Source of the DNA: Guillardia theta CCMP2712
Lineage: Eukaryota > Protista > Cryptophyta
Assembly (NCBI RefSeq): GCF_000315625.1
Contig: NW_005434668.1
Span: 936,533-1,000,532, forward strand
DNA: 64,000 nt
Direction of reading: 5' to 3'
The notes beneath the pieces are model-generated. The model saw only the letters and a list, made by a program, of their open reading frames with translations. It did not search any database and was not told the origin of the DNA. Made by a program: the position numbers and the translations under genes. The first letter of the stretch is position 1. The number at the start of each line of letters is the position of its first letter. This document shows positions 60,325-64,000 of this stretch, piece by piece.

Positions 60325-61988
60325 ATGGCAGAGGGGTCTCCTGCCATGTACATCCTTCAAGGAAGGGGAGGGGGAGGGGGAGACGGGCATGTTGGTCATA
60401 TGGGCGCTGGTAGGAGGGGATGGTCGGGGATCTCACTGGAGAGGATGAACGAAGACCTGGACGATGGGAGCCGAGGAGGGAAGAGGAGGGAGGAGGAGTG
60501 GAGAGTAGAAGAGGATAGGCGGGAGGGCAACTATCGGCAAAGGGGATGGAGGGATCCGTCGCCACCTTCGAGGTGGAGAAGCAGGGGGGATGATGAAGAA
60601 TACACACGAGGAAGAGGAGAGGAGAGGGAGGAGGTAGAGGTGAATCGACTGGCCGAGAGGATCGAGAGGATGGAATGGCGGCACAAGGGGGAAATGCAGA
60701 GGGAGAAGTCAACCAACGAGGCCCTTGCTTCCTTCGCCTCCTCCCTCACCAGGAAGATGGCAGAGCTGCAGACAAACCTGAAGCTTGCCGAGCACAAGTC
60801 ATCCACCCTCCTCTCGGAGTTGGAGGGGCAGAAAAGCGCCAACTCGAAGCTGAACCAAGAGGCGCATGAGCTGCGAGAGATACTGGAGAAGAAGAACAAG
60901 TACATAGACAAGCTGGACTGTGAGATCGAAGACGCTCGAGGAGAGGCGAGGAGGCTAGCGGAAGTGGTCAACACATTGCAAGCAGAAAACACTACGCTGA
61001 AGAAAAAGATCGGCTCGTCATTGCGAGATTACAAGACAAGGACTGAGGAGCTGGTGAAGGCAAACCTAGAGCTTGAAAGCATGACAGAGGCCTGCGAGTG
61101 CTCATGGACGGAAGTGAAGGTCTTGAGAAGGAAACTTGAGAACCTAGTGGTTCTGTCTAGGAAGGGTGAGGTGAAAGATTTGTCTTCTCTTTCGGACGTC
61201 GAATTGTGCGAAATGATAATGGTGGAGATGAGGTCCTCGCAAGACCGGGAGAGGCAACTCGAAGGCCTCCTCGAACATTCCCGCACGCTCAAGGATGTTC
61301 TGCAGCATGAGCTCAACATGGCCAAGGAATCCCTGGCGGAGTTCCAAGGCGAACTCCGAGTACAGAGCGAGATCGGGCAAGAGAAGCTTGAGAACGAGGT
61401 GCGAACTCAGAGTCTGATCAGAGACCTGTCAAGCAAGCTCAAGGAAGCACGTGAAGAATTGCTCAAGGAAAGATCGGAGAAAGAGGACGTTTTGCGCAAG
61501 CACCATGTGAGGCTTCGTCGTCTCCCGAGATATGCGGGCTGCCCTAATCTGATGTGTCATTTTGCAGGTGCTTTTGAGTGAGCTCTCATACGCAGAGACG
61601 GACTTCGCTCGATCTCTCTCTCCACGGCCTTACGATATTTTTTCACAGTGTGTGAAGCATCCAGTAGATGACAAGTCGAAGACGTGGCAGCCAGCGAGTC
61701 CCAACTCTGATTGTTGCAACAAGGTGTTTGGCGATGGCCTTTCATTCCTATGATTTGCCCTGACAACGAACGCAGCATGTAGAGTTGAACTCGGGATGGC
61801 GGGTTCAACCTTCGGAGAATCTATCCAGCAAAGATGTTCAAGGCTGGGCCTTTCAGAAACAAGAGGTTGCAAGGGAAAGGGAGAAGTCGCCTACTACAGC
61901 CAACGAGAAATTCACCATGTGGCAGAAGAATGATTTAGGACGTCAGCTGAGAGACATACGAATGCGGCTGACGTCAGCACAAATATGA
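60325..61988 (+). CDS. Coiled-coil hypothetical protein
   Basis: ORF of over 400 codons with long E/K/L/R heptads; ends uncertain. Confidence 0.65.
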
Positions 61989-62091
61989 TGTGGTGGGATC
62001 GTATGATGTTGTTATCGGTAGAGTACACGTGCTTCGTTTTGTGATCACATGTTAAAGACTCTCTTCTCCTATTGGCATACCATCACTTGTA

Positions 62092-63955
62092 TCACTTTTG
62101 CTTCTTAAAGAATCCACCCAGCGCCCAGTTGTTGATCGTCTTTCTCTGCAGCGCATCCATGACAGGCGTGGCTGCGCAAAGCCCTGAGGCGAACGATGGA
62201 GTCAGAATCCAATCGAGTTCCGGCGGCCAATAACAGACCGTCAAGATCGATGTGACGCTGTATATGCTCCATCGTTGCCTCGAGCCTCTGGAAACAGCAT
62301 AAAGATTCGAAGACATGCTCTCAGTCACCATACAGCCGTATCATCTTTGTCGTGTTTCTGCGTGAACTGATTCATCGCCTTTAGGATGTCGAACGTTCTC
62401 CCTTGCCCGAGCCCTTCACATCACGTCAGCCCCTCCCTCAACCAAGATCGTCATGCCCAGACCTGCATGCCCCTTCTCTACCCACAGAGTCGGAACTTTG
62501 CACTCGTCCAGCTCCCTCAGCTGATGGGACTTGGGTGGATCAGCTCCGACCAGCACTAAACCCCCTCGCAGATCCTAGGGACTCAAACATGAGGGAGGGA
62601 GGGAGGGGGCAAACGAGAAGGAGGAGACGCACCCTCGACCCCTTTGACGATATGAACATGTTCTTGTGGTTTTTGATGATGGACTCGATAACATCGCTCC
62701 TTGACGCATGCGTCACTATCAGCTGTGACTCCACGGGGTCATGGATCGTCTCGTCCGTTTCAGACAAAACCACTCTTGTCGACTGACCAACGTCCACGTC
62801 ACCAAGATCATCGGGTCAAGCTCGTGCGACTTCACAGTACCTCGAATGTTCGATGCTTGCTCTCTTCCCCGGCAACCAAGTTGCTGTTCAACAGCTGAGC
62901 GAAACCGATCATGGATGGTTTCGAGATGGCTTCGTAGTACGGGATGCATCCCAGAAGCGGCTGAGCAAGAAGCAACAAAGATGAGCGCCAGCATCTCACA
63001 TCTCTTGATCTCAACATACCGTGTCCCACAAGCTGGACAGAACTCGCCCATAGTAATCTTTCACCATGTCGAATTTCTCAGGCTCTACCTGCGGCAGGGC
63101 GTGAGAGGGGAGACAACAGAAGACTAAGAGACACAAGACAGGATGCAACGAGCACGAACCTTGTTCACGATCACTCCTCGGAGCCTCGCGCCATGCTTCT
63201 CTAGGAGCGACTTGTTCAAGGCAAGTTGATCGAAGCTCGAGCCGAGACCGCCCGGAGCTATGATCACCACATCCAGCCCCAAGGCTCCAGCCACTTGCGC
63301 GTTGTTGAGGTTAACGATGGACCCGACGCCCATGTGTCCTGATCCCTCGACGAGCGTGAAGTCTGAAGAGGTGGCCAAGGACGTGAACGCGTCCTTGATC
63401 TTGTGGAGAAGCTCTGCCGTGTGGATCTCCCCGTCTATCACCTTTCTTGTGAAGCCTGAAGGAAAGACAACAGGCGACATGTGCTCCCATGACAGGTTCA
63501 GCTTGAAGTAATTTCTCAGCACTTCGACATCAGGATCCACCTTCACAACCCGACCATCATCCAAGCTGATGTTCTTGAACCGCTGCCCCAAAGGCTTGCA
63601 GTAGGCAACACGACCCTTGCCATACCGCTTTTCAAGGCCCTTGAAGACGCCAAGACTCAGAGTGGTCTTGCCGACGTGCATCCCCGTTGCTGCAAGCATG
63701 ACCGTGTGCGTATGGATCCCAAAGAGATCCTGGATGACTGCCCTGGTGCTGCCACCTTTCCAGGACATGCTTTCGAAGTATGGATCGACTCTCAGGTACA
63801 ATGCTGAGCAGAATCAAACAAGGAGCGATCAACTGTGTTGTGAACGACAATGCATCATGTTTCTCTTCTTCTGCATGTCAGTGCTATCTTCTCACATGAA
63901 CTTCACGCTGCGCATTCTTGAGCTCTTCACCCCTCATTTCGCCATCATGGCGCAT
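62092..63955 (-). CDS. BioD-like/AAA_26 P-loop + DRTGG-like protein (phosphotransacetylase N-terminal-like); 5' end uncertain
   Basis: AATGMHVGKTT, AYCKPLGQ, LVEGSGHMGVGSIVNLNNAQVA, GGLGSSFDQL, GVIVNK, LIVTHASRSDVI. Confidence 0.82.
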
Positions 63956-64000
63956 GTCTGCCAGTGTGGCCAGTGTCTGGGGAAAGTTGGGGGGGGCAGA

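Noticed and set aside
1-64000. tRNA, rRNA or snRNA genes
   Set aside because: None recognised by eye; a tRNAscan-SE/Infernal scan would be needed to exclude them.

Overview
Gene-dense eukaryotic nuclear DNA with many short (~45-300 nt) GT-AG introns, often filled with polypurine/polypyrimidine microsatellites. Bipartite signal+transit leaders (ASC-F, TDA-F, an LRLKGG motif) point to an alga with a complex red plastid, most likely a cryptophyte (inference). Recognisable genes: PEX4, ATG6/Beclin, DPE2, IFT140, PRMT7-like, TPR-GT15 mannosyltransferase, kelch, LRR, EF-hand, DUF2301, L10K/UPF0390, atypical kinase, ATC-hydrolase-like and an AAA_26/DRTGG protein. Most unusual items: (1) an AT-richer, intron-free block at 1-3160 where a decayed PIF/Harbinger transposase lies ~50 bp downstream of an intact 693-aa PHD-finger ORF that looks like a Crypton tyrosine-recombinase protein missing its catalytic core, possibly replacing the usual Myb/SANT accessory ORF; (2) a plastid-targeted ARID-mTERF fusion with in-frame splicing across a 10x26-bp minisatellite intron; (3) a leader-bearing YqaJ exonuclease apparently fused to a dead OTU-like domain; (4) a plastid membrane protein with six AKxNAxExNxxQWGIG repeats; (5) a ~1.6-kb x ~2.6 tandem array; (6) GGGGTA/TACCCC clusters in divergent intergenic regions and palindromic 'word-salad' tracts. 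Spliced gene boundaries were read by eye and are approximate; family calls rest on remembered motifs, not database searches.
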